Part shown: in pieces, positions 49,439-59,734 of the stretch
Layout: each line of letters begins with the position of its first letter
Position numbering within the stretch: the first letter of the stretch is position 1
DNA from: an uncultured Nitrososphaerota archaeon
GTDB lineage: Archaea; Thermoproteota; Nitrososphaeria; Conexivisphaerales; DTJL01
Length of the DNA: 64,000 nt
Direction: 5' to 3'
Assembly (NCBI GenBank): GCA_963842885.1
Contig: CAWJIE010000005.1
Span: forward strand, 352,001 to 416,000
Made by a program: the position numbers and the translations under genes
The notes under the pieces: model-generated
What the model was told of the DNA's origin: nothing
What the model saw: only the letters and a program-made list of their open reading frames with translations
Databases searched by the model: none

Positions 49439-50857
49439 TTGACCTCAGAAGACGCCGGCGGCCCGGTAGGCACTGCGCGCGACGCCGTGATATATATCGC
49501 CGCCGTGGCCTTCGTAGGGATCGTCCTCTGGCTCATCCTGGGCAACTTCAAGCAGACCATGGCTGGCACCATCTTCATCGCTACTGTCATTGGGACGCTG
49601 ATGTTCTGGCGCTTCAGGCTGGCCATCGCCTTCGTGGGCATCTCGGCTCTTCTGGCGACGTCGACCCTGGACATCACCGAAATGATTCGATTTCATGAAC
49701 ATCGACGTAATCTGCTTCCTCATCGGCATGATGATCTTGGTGGACATCGCCAAGGAAAGCGGCCTGTTCATCTGGATCTTGGACAAGCTGCTCAAGGCGA
49801 CGAAGTACGATCCCAGGAAGGTCCTGATAGTGCTCCTTGCGATGTCGACCCTCATGGCCGCCATGGTGGACGAGGTCACCTCCATCCTCTTCATAATCGC
49901 CATCGTCTTCGAGTATTGCAGCGTACTTCGATATCGACCCGCTTCCCTACGTGATCTCGACCGTCCTCGCGACCAACGTGGGCAGCTCCGCCACGGTGCT
50001 GGGGAACCCCATAGGGATACTGATCGCCCTGAGGGGGAACCTCACCTTCGACGGACTTCCTCATGTGGGCCACTCCGGTGGCGGTGATGTCCTTGCTGCT
50101 GCTGATCGCCATCCTTCCTCTCTGGTACAGGAAGCCTCTTGCGGAAGCCAAGGTCAAGGTCTTGGCGAAGCTGAACGGGGCCACAAGCGCCGATGTCTTG
50201 GAGGTCATCGGCAAGGAGAGGATGAACGATGTCAAGATAAGCGGGGTGATCCTCTTTGGGACCATCTTCTTCATCGCCCTCCACGCTCGCCTCGAGCCCC
50301 TCTTCGGGCTCGAGAAGGACACGCTCCTCCTGGTCTTCTCTTTCCTGGGAGCGGCGGCAGGGCTCTTTTGGAAGCGGGCGACCGCGCGGCAAATCGTGGA
50401 GAGGGGTGTCGACTGGTGGTCCCTCGTCTTCTTCATGTTCCTCTTCGCAAAGGCAGGGGCCCTCAAGTTCACCGGTCTGACGGACAGGCTGGCCAGTGGC
50501 ATAGCCTCGGTCGCGAGGTCGCAGGTTCAGATCCAGAGCATAGTCCTGTGGCTGGCATGCGGCGCCTCTTCTGTCCTGGACAACGTGGTCCTGGTGGCAG
50601 CCCTGATACCCGTGGTGCAGAGCCTCGTGGCCATAGGCTACCAGGGCACCCCCCTGTCCTTCGCCCTGCTCTTCGGAGGGGTCTACGGGGGAAACATAAC
50701 CATGATCGGCAGCACCGCCAACATAGTGGCCCTGGGCATGCTGGAGAAGAAGTTCAACTATCACATGAAGTTCTTCAAATGGCTCTGGGTGGGACTTCTG
50801 GGCGGCATCCTTCCGACCCTGGTGGCGCAGGTTTGGCTTATGGCCTTCTTCCACTAA
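49439..50857 (+). CDS. ArsB/NhaD/SLC13-family ion transporter; several frameshifts
   Basis: DEVTSIL, TNVGSSATVLGNPIG, DNVVLVA, GNITMIGSTAN. Confidence 0.85.
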
Positions 50858-51342
50858 TCTTCCATGAGCGCGGCGTCGGTCACGTCGCGCATGTATCGTT
50901 CTAGCCAGCTCTTCGCAAGCGGCTCCTTGTCCCCCAGGTATTCGGAGACGAAGGATGCGAAGACCCAGCGCTCGACGAGGAGTCCCACCGGCTTGCCCTT
51001 GTCGTCCACCACAATGAGGCGCAGGATGCCTTTCTTCCCCATGAGCTTCAGAGCCTCCCCCAGGGAAGCGTCCCGGTTCACAGTGACGGGGTTCCTGATG
51101 GCGATGCCCTGGAGCTTGACCCTGGACGGCTCCAGCGACTCTGACACGACTTTCATGACGATGTCGCGGTCGGTAAGTATGCCAACAGAGCCGTCATCGA
51201 ACCGGACCCCCACGCTGCCGAGGTTGTTATCCTTCATCACCTTGACGGCCCCGGCGGCGGTTTCTTCGGCCTTGAGGATGTAGAACTTCTTGCGCATGTA
51301 ATCTTTGACGGGCCTGCTGAAGAAAGTTTCAGAGATGGGCAT
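50854..51342 (-). CDS. CBS-domain protein
   Basis: GILTDRDI, RLIVVD...VGL. Confidence 0.85.
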   Translation of the reverse strand: MPISETFFSRPVKDYMRKKFYILKAEETAAGAVKVMKDNNLGSVGVRFDDGSVGILTDRDIVMKVVSESLEPSRVKLQGIAIRNPVTVNRDASLGEALKLMGKKGILRLIVVDDKGKPVGLLVERWVFASFVSEYLGDKEPLAKSWLERYMRDVTDAALMED

Positions 51343-51424
51343 GGGCCTTGATGCGGACCAGCAGGGATACAATGATAGCTGTCTCATCGGCCCCTCGCGA
51401 TACCCAAGGAGGCGCCAGCGAAAG

Positions 51425-52243
51425 TCAAGGCAGCGCACCTCCCGCCCAGACGCGGATGTCTAGGAAAGCCTCTTCGGCCGCGACCATCTCCCCTTCTACG
51501 ACTTTGTATCCGGCCTCCATGGCCCTCTTAGCCAGCGGTGTCAGGGAGGGTGAAAGGGCTAGGTCCAAGATAGTTACGTCCAAAGGCAGCGCCGCTGCCA
51601 GCGTCGGGTCCCCTCCCTCCTTCCTCCCGAGAGGAGTGGCGTTCACGATGACGTCGAATCCACGCAGGTCCAATGATTTGAAAGCGTCGGGGTAGGGCAA
51701 CGAAACCGCGTCGACGCCCATTATGAAGCCGAGCCCCTTCACTATGGCGCCTGAGCTGGCCGGGTTCCTCCCCGACAAGATCATCCGGGTGAAGCCCAGC
51801 CGCCATAGGGAGTAGAGAGAAGCCCTCGCCGTCGCTCCTATCCCTATCACCAACGCGTTGTTCCTGACAGGCTTCATGCCCCTCCTTTTCAGGACGTTCC
51901 TGATAGCGACCCAGTCGGTGTTGTACCCCTTGAAGCGGCCTTCCTCACAGGCGATCACGTTGCAGGCGCCGATGGTTCTCGCATCGTCATCGATCGTATC
52001 CAGCATCATTAGTATTTCCGTCTTGAAAGGTGAAGTAACCGCGAAGCCAGCTGCGTTGCGACAGAGAGAACGATACGATTCGAACAGGCCAGCCTTCTTC
52101 ACCTTCTTAGGTATGTAGGCCAGCGTAAAGCCCGCCGCCTTCGCCGCTGCGCAGTGGAAGTTGGAAATGGCGAACCCCCCGGAGCCGTCGCCTATCCCGT
52201 AGATGCGGTTCTGCTTGCCCGCGAAGGCAGCGGTTCGGCTCAT
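51425..52243 (-). CDS. aroE: Shikimate dehydrogenase family protein
   Basis: VTSPFK, IGACN, GYNTD, GIGATAR, VNATPLG. Confidence 0.75.
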   Translation of the reverse strand: MSRTAAFAGKQNRIYGIGDGSGGFAISNFHCAAAKAAGFTLAYIPKKVKKAGLFESYRSLCRNAAGFAVTSPFKTEILMMLDTIDDDARTIGACNVIACEEGRFKGYNTDWVAIRNVLKRRGMKPVRNNALVIGIGATARASLYSLWRLGFTRMILSGRNPASSGAIVKGLGFIMGVDAVSLPYPDAFKSLDLRGFDVIVNATPLGRKEGGDPTLAAALPLDVTILDLALSPSLTPLAKRAMEAGYKVVEGEMVAAEEAFLDIRVWAGGALP

Positions 52244-52340
52244 ATTCCGCAGCCTCCTCGCTCCGTCATATGTATGCTACGCAGGCCTCAAGGGGGCTCG
52301 GTGCCCACGCTTATTAGCGACCTTATTGTTCGCCTATAAT

Positions 52341-53294
52341 GTGAGGGACCCTTTTGAGATGGTCGCCAAGGAGTACCTACCCTGGGTCAGGGCCCTCGCG
52401 GCGCACAGGCTTCGCCGGCTGGGCTTCAGCCAGTCGAAGACAGCCAGGGCGCTGGGGGTCGCCCAACCATCCGTCACGCTCTACCTGAAGAAGCCCGAAG
52501 CCTATTACCTTGGCAGGACAAGCGCCCTGGGCGCCCCCAAGGAAATGGTCTCCGCTCAAGCGGAACGCTTCGCCAGGGCGAGCGCGGCAGGGACTCTGAT
52601 GTCCGTCTCGATGGCGCTGGACATCGTGTCGGAGACCCTCGGGGGAGGAAGCTTGTGCGCGCACCACCGAAGTGAGGCAGGCCTGCCAGAGGCCTGCGAC
52701 GTGTGTATCCGGTTCTTCGGGACTGGAGGGAAGGACGCGCGGTCCTCCGTCATCAAACAGCTCGAAGAAGCCGTTCGCCTGATAGAGTCTTCTGCCTGCT
52801 TCCCCTTGCTCATCCCAGAGGTGCAGACCAATTTCGTCTCGGCCCTTCCCGAGGCGCTCGACGAGCATGATGTCGCTGGCATTCCTGGCCGCATCGCCTG
52901 CGCCAAGGGCCGCGCCAAGGCCGCGTCGCCTCCTGATTTCGGTGCGTCGAGGTATACGGCCGGCATCGTGCTCGCGGTGAAGAGGGCCTTCAAGGAGGTG
53001 GGCAGCGGGCTCAACATCAAGTACGACGCCACGTTGGGCGAGGTCGCATCGAGCCTCGGTTGGCGGAGCCTTTCTTTGGCCGCTGGAGAGGCAGACCGGG
53101 GGATCGTTCATTTCTCGAAGAAGATAACGGACGCGGCGTCCAAGTTGGAGGGCCCTCCGGACCTCCTTGTCGAATCGGGCGGGATGGGCCTGGAGGCGTC
53201 GGCCTACGTCCTTGGGACGACCCCCAACGAAGTCGTCGAGAAGGCCCTGGCGTTGGCAGGGCTCTACTCCAAGAGGAAGCGCCGACCTAGGTGA
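52341..53294 (+). CDS. HTH plus ThiN-like (thiamine-phosphate synthase family) regulator
   Basis: LPWVRALAA, SQSKTARALGVAQPSV, LIPEVQTN, VAGIPGRI, FGAS. Confidence 0.8.
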   Translation: MRDPFEMVAKEYLPWVRALAAHRLRRLGFSQSKTARALGVAQPSVTLYLKKPEAYYLGRTSALGAPKEMVSAQAERFARASAAGTLMSVSMALDIVSETLGGGSLCAHHRSEAGLPEACDVCIRFFGTGGKDARSSVIKQLEEAVRLIESSACFPLLIPEVQTNFVSALPEALDEHDVAGIPGRIACAKGRAKAASPPDFGASRYTAGIVLAVKRAFKEVGSGLNIKYDATLGEVASSLGWRSLSLAAGEADRGIVHFSKKITDAASKLEGPPDLLVESGGMGLEASAYVLGTTPNEVVEKALALAGLYSKRKRRPR

Positions 53295-54342
53295 CTATGG
53301 GGAGCCGGAGGCCGCAGGTGGGGCAGCTGCTCCCTTTCAGGATGTTCTTCTTGACGCCGAATATACTGCGGACCACCACGGGCGTGGAGCATCCTGGGCA
53401 GAAAGTCGTTTCGTATTTGTCCTCCCACATGTTTCCGATGTAGACGTACCGTATCCCTGCCTCCTTTGCGACCGCATACATCTTCAGGAGCATTTCGCGA
53501 GGGGAGGCTGGGACGTTTAGCATCTTGTAGTCGGGGTGGAAGGATAGGAGATGGAACGAAGCGTCGTCGCCCTGGACGTCCAGGAGGAACTCTGCCATCT
53601 TCTTCACGTCCCCCAAGTCGCTACCCTCTGGCACCGGCACTGCGAGGTTGGTCACTTCGACGTGCACCTTCCTGGCTTGAAGCTCCCTGATGGCATCGAA
53701 TATCGGCGCAGGCGAAGGCACGTAGATGTACTTCCTGTAGAACTGCACGTTGGCGTTCCCCTTGAAGTCCACCGTGATGGCGTCGAGGTGGGGGGCGAGG
53801 GCCTCCACCGCCTCCGGCGTCATGTATCCGTCGGAGACCCATGTGGTGAAGAGACCCCTCCGCTTGGCCAGCTTCATGACGTCAAGGAGATATTCGATCT
53901 GGGTGGTGGGCTCATTGTAGGTGCCGGTGATTCCGTCGGCCCCCAGCTCGAGGGCGGAATCGACCACTTCCTCCGGCTCGGTGTAGCCTTCCTCCACTCG
54001 TCGCCTTTGGCTGATTTCGAAGTTCTGGCAGAACTGGCAAGCGAAAGTGCAACCTGCGGTCGATATCGACAGCACGCGGCTCCCCGGCTTGAAATGGAAG
54101 AGAGGCTTCTTCTCTATGGGATCCACGGCGGAAGCCGTCAGGCGGCCGTAGCTCAACGCGTACATCTTCCCGCCGAAGTTCCCCCTCACTCCGCAGAACC
54201 CCACCTTCCCTTCGGGGACGGAGCAGAACCTGGGGCAGAGGTTGCACTTGGTCCTCCCTCCATCCGCCTTCCTCCAGAAAGCCGCTTCGACTCTAGGGTG
54301 ATCCGGTTGCAAGTGCAGGTGCATGAGACGGCGTTCGCTCAT
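53287..54342 (-). CDS. amrS: AmmeMemoRadiSam-system radical SAM enzyme
   Basis: DPIEKKPLFHFKPG, CTFACQFCQN, TYNEP. Confidence 0.9.
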   Translation of the reverse strand: MSERRLMHLHLQPDHPRVEAAFWRKADGGRTKCNLCPRFCSVPEGKVGFCGVRGNFGGKMYALSYGRLTASAVDPIEKKPLFHFKPGSRVLSISTAGCTFACQFCQNFEISQRRRVEEGYTEPEEVVDSALELGADGITGTYNEPTTQIEYLLDVMKLAKRRGLFTTWVSDGYMTPEAVEALAPHLDAITVDFKGNANVQFYRKYIYVPSPAPIFDAIRELQARKVHVEVTNLAVPVPEGSDLGDVKKMAEFLLDVQGDDASFHLLSFHPDYKMLNVPASPREMLLKMYAVAKEAGIRYVYIGNMWEDKYETTFCPGCSTPVVVRSIFGVKKNILKGSSCPTCGLRLPIVT

Positions 54343-54367
54343 TTATCCATTGTCGTTATCTCCCCGG

Positions 54368-55198
54368 TCAGCCCAGGAGATCGCGAGCCTGACTTGAGAG
54401 CCCTCGGAGCCTGTGAGCGGGGATGCCGGTCTTCTCCGAGATGTCGCCCAAGTCGAAACGGAGGAGGTCGCGGACCAGAATTAGGCCGCACGTGGCCAGC
54501 GCAGCCGTTTCATCGGCGTCCAGACCGTGGAGGATCGTGATCGGGTAGAGCCTTCCCGTGTCGATTATCCTCTCGAGCCCGTTCCTCTCCGGGTGATGCC
54601 ATCCGAGGAGCTCGATGTCCCTGCAGCTGGAGAAGGTTATCGCGTCCTCCGAGAACTTGGTGTTCGTCACGAGCATGGCTTTCTCTATCTTGGCGCCGAC
54701 ATGGTTGATGGCGTACCCCTCTGTTATATCCAAGAGGCGGGCGTAGGTGTACATGGCTTCCTTCAGACCGGTGAACACCCCCTTGTAGTTGTGGTACTTG
54801 CATTCGACCATGGTCGCCCTGCCCTTCGCCACGGCGATGAGGTCGATTTCGTGCCTGACGCACCGGCCGTGGGCGATGTTCCGCACCGAGACTTCGTATC
54901 CCATCCACGTGAGTATGGCCCCGATGTAGTCCTCGAAGGGGAAGCCGCTGGGGCCCAGTTTCATTATTGAATCCTTCAGGTCGTACGCCATGGAGCCCTT
55001 CACGTCATATCTCGAAAGCTGAGCGGAGGCGAGCTGATAGATCTCCTTGGTCGTTATTTCATCATGAAGCTTCGGCTCGATGCCGTCCAGGACCCTCTGG
55101 GCCACCGACTTCGAAGACCCTCCGCGCATGATAGAACGCAGGAACTTCCTGCGGTTGAATTCCTCCGTGTCCCCCGAGGCCTTGACTACTTGCACCAA
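54368..55198 (-). CDS. ATP-cone plus Mrr-like restriction endonuclease domain protein
   Basis: VVKASG, LGPSGFPFE, HEID, VECKYHN, TNTKFS. Confidence 0.85.
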   Translation of the reverse strand: MVQVVKASGDTEEFNRRKFLRSIMRGGSSKSVAQRVLDGIEPKLHDEITTKEIYQLASAQLSRYDVKGSMAYDLKDSIMKLGPSGFPFEDYIGAILTWMGYEVSVRNIAHGRCVRHEIDLIAVAKGRATMVECKYHNYKGVFTGLKEAMYTYARLLDITEGYAINHVGAKIEKAMLVTNTKFSEDAITFSSCRDIELLGWHHPERNGLERIIDTGRLYPITILHGLDADETAALATCGLILVRDLLRFDLGDISEKTGIPAHRLRGLSSQARDLLG

Positions 55199-55475
55199 TC
55201 CAGTGCTGTTGCGGCCGCTGAAGGCTTAAGCGTTGCTGAGCAGCTCCAGCGTGCTCCATGTGGACCTCTAAAGCGGGCCGGCTCATGCCTCCCCATCCGC
55301 GACACAGACCCCGCGACCTCCGTCGCCACACGGTATGAACGAAGACCCTCCGGACGGGATATGTCGACGCGCCGAGGCCGCAGGCTCATTCGTAGGCACT
55401 CGCTGGGCACTTCCTATCTGCCATCCACAGCCGTCCTCTTCGGTCATAGGTTTATTATCGACCGGCTTGAGTGTC

Positions 55476-57032
55476 TTGAGGAGCGACAAATTGGTCGACC
55501 CAGTCACTCTCCAAGAAATGTATGACGAGCTCCTGTCCCTCTCCAAGGACTACATTGTTCTGGCCACAACTCAAGCTCTTGTCGAGTGGGATCTTGAAAC
55601 CAAGATGCCTCCTCGGGGCATCCGTCTCCGGAGCGAGCAACTCTCGCTGATGAGCCAGGTGGCCCACAGGATGGTCATCGACCCGAGGATTGGCGAACTG
55701 CTGGGGGGCATCGAGAAGGACAGCGCATTCGCGAACCTTTCTGATGTTCAGCGGAGGAACGTGGCCCTACTTCGAAAGGTTTACGACGAAGAGACCAAGC
55801 TCCCCGAGCGCCTAGTCACCGAGATGGCTCGACAGAGGGCGCTCACGGTTGACGTCTGGAAGAAGGCGAAGGCGGCGAAGGATTTCGGGGTCTTCAAGCC
55901 AGAGCTGCAGAAGCTGGTCGACCTATCGAAGGAAGCGGCTTCCATACTGAAGGACGTCAAGGGGACCGAGACTGCCTACGATGCCCTCGTCGACAAGTTT
56001 GAGCCGAAGATGACGTCCGCCTTGATTTCCCCCGTATTCGGCGATCTGAGGAAGGGGATAATGGTGGTGATGGACAAGTGCCTGGGCTCACGCGATCAGC
56101 CTGATGCAAACCTCCTTCGTCGGCGGGTTCCGGTCGAAGCGCAGCGGGAGATCGCCGGCTCCTTGTCCAACTTCCTTCTCTATGACGTCGATTCAAAGCA
56201 AGCGGGAGGGCGCATCGATGAGACGGAGCATCCCTTCACAACCGGCTATTACGACGACGTCCGAATCACCACCCACTACTATGAGGACCTCCCCGCATCC
56301 TCCATCTTCTCGGTCCTTCACGAAGCCGGGCATGCGACATACGAGCAGAACCTCCCTCGGGACTGGATGTTCCAGCCGGTCGGTTCGGCATGCTCCTTCG
56401 GCTTCCACGAATCGCAGTCAAGGTTCGTTGAGAACATGGTGGGACGATCCAAGGAGTTTTGGACCTATTACCTGCTCACCCTCAAGGCCATGACGGGCGG
56501 CGCCTTCTCAGACGTGGAGCTGGGGCCCTTCGTGAAGGCCATCAACGCCGTCCAGCCGTCGAAGATTAGGATTGAGGCCGACGAGGTGACATACGGCCTC
56601 CACATCATCGTCCGCTTCGAGATCGAGCGCGACCTGTTCGCAGGGAAGATTTCGGTCGCGGAGCTTCCCACAGTGTGGAACGAGAAGTACAAGGAGTACC
56701 TTGGCCTGAAGATTGACAACGACTCAGAGGGAGTGATGCAGGACACTCACTGGGCCAGCGGGCTCTATGGCTACTTCCCGTCTTACGCCCTGGGCAACAT
56801 CTACGGCGGCCAGATCAGGCACGTCCTGGAAGCCCAGCTGCCGGGGTGGCGAACCAGCATTTCGAAGGGCGAGTTCAGCCCGGTGAGGAATTGGCTGAGC
56901 AAGAACCTCTACGCCTACGGCAACCTCTACGACCCTCTCGACCTGCTCAAGAAGGTCACGGGGGAGGGCATCACCGTCAGGCGCTACATCGACTACCTTG
57001 ACGCGAAGTGCTCCGAACTCTACGGCTACTAG
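55476..57032 (+). CDS. Carboxypeptidase M32
   Basis: HPF, HEAGH, HESQSR, IRIEADE, QDTHW, GYFPSY. Confidence 0.95.
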   Translation: MRSDKLVDPVTLQEMYDELLSLSKDYIVLATTQALVEWDLETKMPPRGIRLRSEQLSLMSQVAHRMVIDPRIGELLGGIEKDSAFANLSDVQRRNVALLRKVYDEETKLPERLVTEMARQRALTVDVWKKAKAAKDFGVFKPELQKLVDLSKEAASILKDVKGTETAYDALVDKFEPKMTSALISPVFGDLRKGIMVVMDKCLGSRDQPDANLLRRRVPVEAQREIAGSLSNFLLYDVDSKQAGGRIDETEHPFTTGYYDDVRITTHYYEDLPASSIFSVLHEAGHATYEQNLPRDWMFQPVGSACSFGFHESQSRFVENMVGRSKEFWTYYLLTLKAMTGGAFSDVELGPFVKAINAVQPSKIRIEADEVTYGLHIIVRFEIERDLFAGKISVAELPTVWNEKYKEYLGLKIDNDSEGVMQDTHWASGLYGYFPSYALGNIYGGQIRHVLEAQLPGWRTSISKGEFSPVRNWLSKNLYAYGNLYDPLDLLKKVTGEGITVRRYIDYLDAKCSELYGY

Positions 57033-57095
57033 AACATATCCGTCGCCTGCCCGGACGGGCAAACGTTTAATCCCCGCCTTCCTTTAGCCATTCAT

Positions 57096-58499
57096 ATGCC
57101 TTCGCTGGGCCCTTCGATTAGCCTCAAGGACACTCTGACTGGAGAGAGGGTGAGCTTGGACCCCGCCTCCAAGAAGGAGGTCAGGATCTACGTCTGCGGG
57201 CTCACCGTCTACTCCTACGCCCACATAGGTCACGCCAAGAGCTTCGTCTTCTTTGACGTGCTGAGGCGGGTCTTGAAGGAGAAGGGCTTCAAAGTGACTA
57301 TGGCCCAGAACTTCACCGACGTCGACGACAGGATCATCGACAGGGCCAAGGTCGCCGGCGTTTCGCCCCTCAGTCTGGCTGAGGAGAACATCAAGGGGTA
57401 CTTCGACGACTTCGCGCTCTTGAACGTCGAGAGGGTAGACCTTTACCCGAGGGCCACGGAGAACATCAAGGAGATCCTGGATTTCATCGGCGGCCTCCTC
57501 CAGAAGGGCGCGGCATATCCAGCTCAGACCGGGGTCTACTTCGACGTGACGAAGTTCCCTGGCTACGGGAAGCTCTCGAAGGTGAACACGGAGCAGCTGC
57601 AGGCTGGCGCGAGGATAGAGCCCGACCCGGCGAAGAGGAACCCGGCCGACTTCGCCCTTTGGAAGTTCTCTGATTCAGATCCCTCATGGGACAGCCCCTG
57701 GGGTCGAGGACGCCCTGGATGGCACATCGAGTGTTCAGCCATGGTGCACAGGTACCTGGGGGAGCCGTTGGACATCCACGGAGGAGGTGAGGACCTCCTT
57801 TTCCCTCATCACGAGAACGAGATCGCCCAGTCAGAGACCCTGATGGGGAAGCCCCTGGCTCGCATCTGGATGCATGTGGGCCTCCTTAACCTCTCCAACG
57901 AGAAGATGTCGAAGTCGCTCGGCAACGTGATAGGGGTTAGGGAGGCGGTGTCGAGGTGGGGGCCCAACACTCTCCGCTATTTCTTGTTGTCCAACCGGTA
58001 TAGGAACCAGGTCGCTTTCACGGAGGAGGCCGTCAGAAACAGCAACTCCAACTGGGCCGTCATCGAAGGGGCTGCCTACGAACTTCTCCATCCGGCTGGG
58101 ACCGACAGAGAGGCCCCAATGGTCGAGTTCGAACGCTCGTTGTCAGCCTTTGACAAGGCCCTCTCTGACGACGTGGACATGCCTAATGCCCTCGCCGAGC
58201 TCGTCAACGTTTCGCGGGCTGTGAACAGGTTGGCGTCTCAGAACAGGCTGGGCCCGTCCACGGCCGGTGCCGTCAGACCCTACTTCGACATGATGTTCTA
58301 CACTCTCGGCTTCGCCTTGCCCACACCGAGCGGGAAGGAAGTGGAGGAGGTCTCCGCACTGGTCTCCACCCGCGCTGAGTTCAGGGCGGAGGGGAAGTAC
58401 GGGGATGCGGACAAGATCCGAAGCGAGCTGCTCGCCAGGAAAGTGAGGCTCGTCGACAGGAGCGAGGGGACCGTCTGGATGAAGGTGGAGACACTCTGA
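57096..58499 (+). CDS. cysS: Cysteine--tRNA ligase
   Basis: CGLTVY, HIGH, GRPGWHIECS, KMSKS. Confidence 0.96.
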   Translation: MPSLGPSISLKDTLTGERVSLDPASKKEVRIYVCGLTVYSYAHIGHAKSFVFFDVLRRVLKEKGFKVTMAQNFTDVDDRIIDRAKVAGVSPLSLAEENIKGYFDDFALLNVERVDLYPRATENIKEILDFIGGLLQKGAAYPAQTGVYFDVTKFPGYGKLSKVNTEQLQAGARIEPDPAKRNPADFALWKFSDSDPSWDSPWGRGRPGWHIECSAMVHRYLGEPLDIHGGGEDLLFPHHENEIAQSETLMGKPLARIWMHVGLLNLSNEKMSKSLGNVIGVREAVSRWGPNTLRYFLLSNRYRNQVAFTEEAVRNSNSNWAVIEGAAYELLHPAGTDREAPMVEFERSLSAFDKALSDDVDMPNALAELVNVSRAVNRLASQNRLGPSTAGAVRPYFDMMFYTLGFALPTPSGKEVEEVSALVSTRAEFRAEGKYGDADKIRSELLARKVRLVDRSEGTVWMKVETL

Positions 58500-58539
58500 C
58501 GAAGAATCACCTGCAATACTTTTAAAGAGGAGGGCTGGG

Positions 58540-59667
58540 GTGCAAAGAGGTTACTCCTTATGCCTAGTACCTTTCCAGACGACGGGGACCGACCTTGCCT
58601 CTTACATCTACTTCATTGTCTACGCCGCGTCGTTTCTGATAGTCTTTGTTTACCAGGCAAGGATTCAGGTATTCATCGCCATGTACAAGGTGGGCGGCAG
58701 CCTTCGCAAGCTCGAAGGGATGAAGGAAGAATCGAGGGCCAAGCTGCGCGAGGAGCTGGGGAAGTACGGAGGAGACGCGCCCACGATTAAGAGCGAGGTC
58801 GAGAAGCTCATGACTTCCGTGATGATAGAGCCCGTGAGCATCGACCCGAAGGGGATCGTGTTCAAGCTCGATCGCATCCTGAGGACCTACGAGGACTATT
58901 TCAAATCGCGGGTCGCTTCGCTGACCCCCAACGCGGACAAGGTCGCTCGGCAGAACTTGGCGAACTTGGTCGAGGTGGGCATGTCTCTCGACTTCCTTTA
59001 CAGATATGTCCGGCACCTCTACACGTCTGCCAAGAAGGACCATGACATGATGTCGACGTTCATGCTTCAGCTAACGCTTCCTCAGCTCATGGACACCGCG
59101 GATGCATACTATTCGTCCATCGGCTCTTTCACCAAGGGGGAGACCATCGGTGACGGCCTCGGACCTCTTGTCGCGTCCAAGCTCATAGCCTCTAACCCTG
59201 TGAAACTCGTCGAGGAGGAGACGGTCTTCTCGGAGACGAACTTCGATGACAGGAAGGTCATAGTGGTGCGGGCCGAAGGTCCGGGCGGCACAGTGGGAAG
59301 GCCCGGCGAGGCCGTCGAGAAGCTACTCCAGCTCTACCCTGACGTCTCCATGGTGGTCACCGTGGACGCCGCCCTGAAGCTCGAAGGCGAGAAGTCGGGA
59401 GAGATAGCTGAAGGTATCGGCGCCGCCATTGGCGGGCCTGGCGTGGACAGGTTCAGGATAGAGGAGACCGCCACCAAGAACAAAGTGCCCATGTACGCTC
59501 TCGTGGTCAAGATGTCCGAGAAGGAGGCGATCACGGCGATGAAGGACGATGTCCGCAACGCTGCGGACGCGGTGGTGACCAGGATCAAGAAGCTCATGGA
59601 TGACAAGACCAAGCCCAACTCAACGGTGTTGCTTGCGGGCGTCGGCAACACCATCGGAATCCGCTAG
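58540..59667 (+). CDS. DUF1512-family protein
   Basis: IGDGLGP, AEGPGGTVG, DAALKLEGE, GVGNTIGI. Confidence 0.8.
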   Translation: MQRGYSLCLVPFQTTGTDLASYIYFIVYAASFLIVFVYQARIQVFIAMYKVGGSLRKLEGMKEESRAKLREELGKYGGDAPTIKSEVEKLMTSVMIEPVSIDPKGIVFKLDRILRTYEDYFKSRVASLTPNADKVARQNLANLVEVGMSLDFLYRYVRHLYTSAKKDHDMMSTFMLQLTLPQLMDTADAYYSSIGSFTKGETIGDGLGPLVASKLIASNPVKLVEEETVFSETNFDDRKVIVVRAEGPGGTVGRPGEAVEKLLQLYPDVSMVVTVDAALKLEGEKSGEIAEGIGAAIGGPGVDRFRIEETATKNKVPMYALVVKMSEKEAITAMKDDVRNAADAVVTRIKKLMDDKTKPNSTVLLAGVGNTIGIR

Positions 59668-59734
59668 CTCGGCACCGATTTCATGGTTTTTGCACTTTGC
59701 CACCGGTAGGGCTGCCGACCGGACGCGGGCTTCT

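Noticed and set aside
54368-55198. ATP-cone/Mrr-like nuclease as a new defence system
   Set aside because: A recognisable, widespread stand-alone architecture among housekeeping genes, with no partner genes.
55283-55447. Possible small Zn-ribbon ORF between the nuclease and carboxypeptidase genes
   Set aside because: Needs several frameshifts to assemble; cannot be supported.
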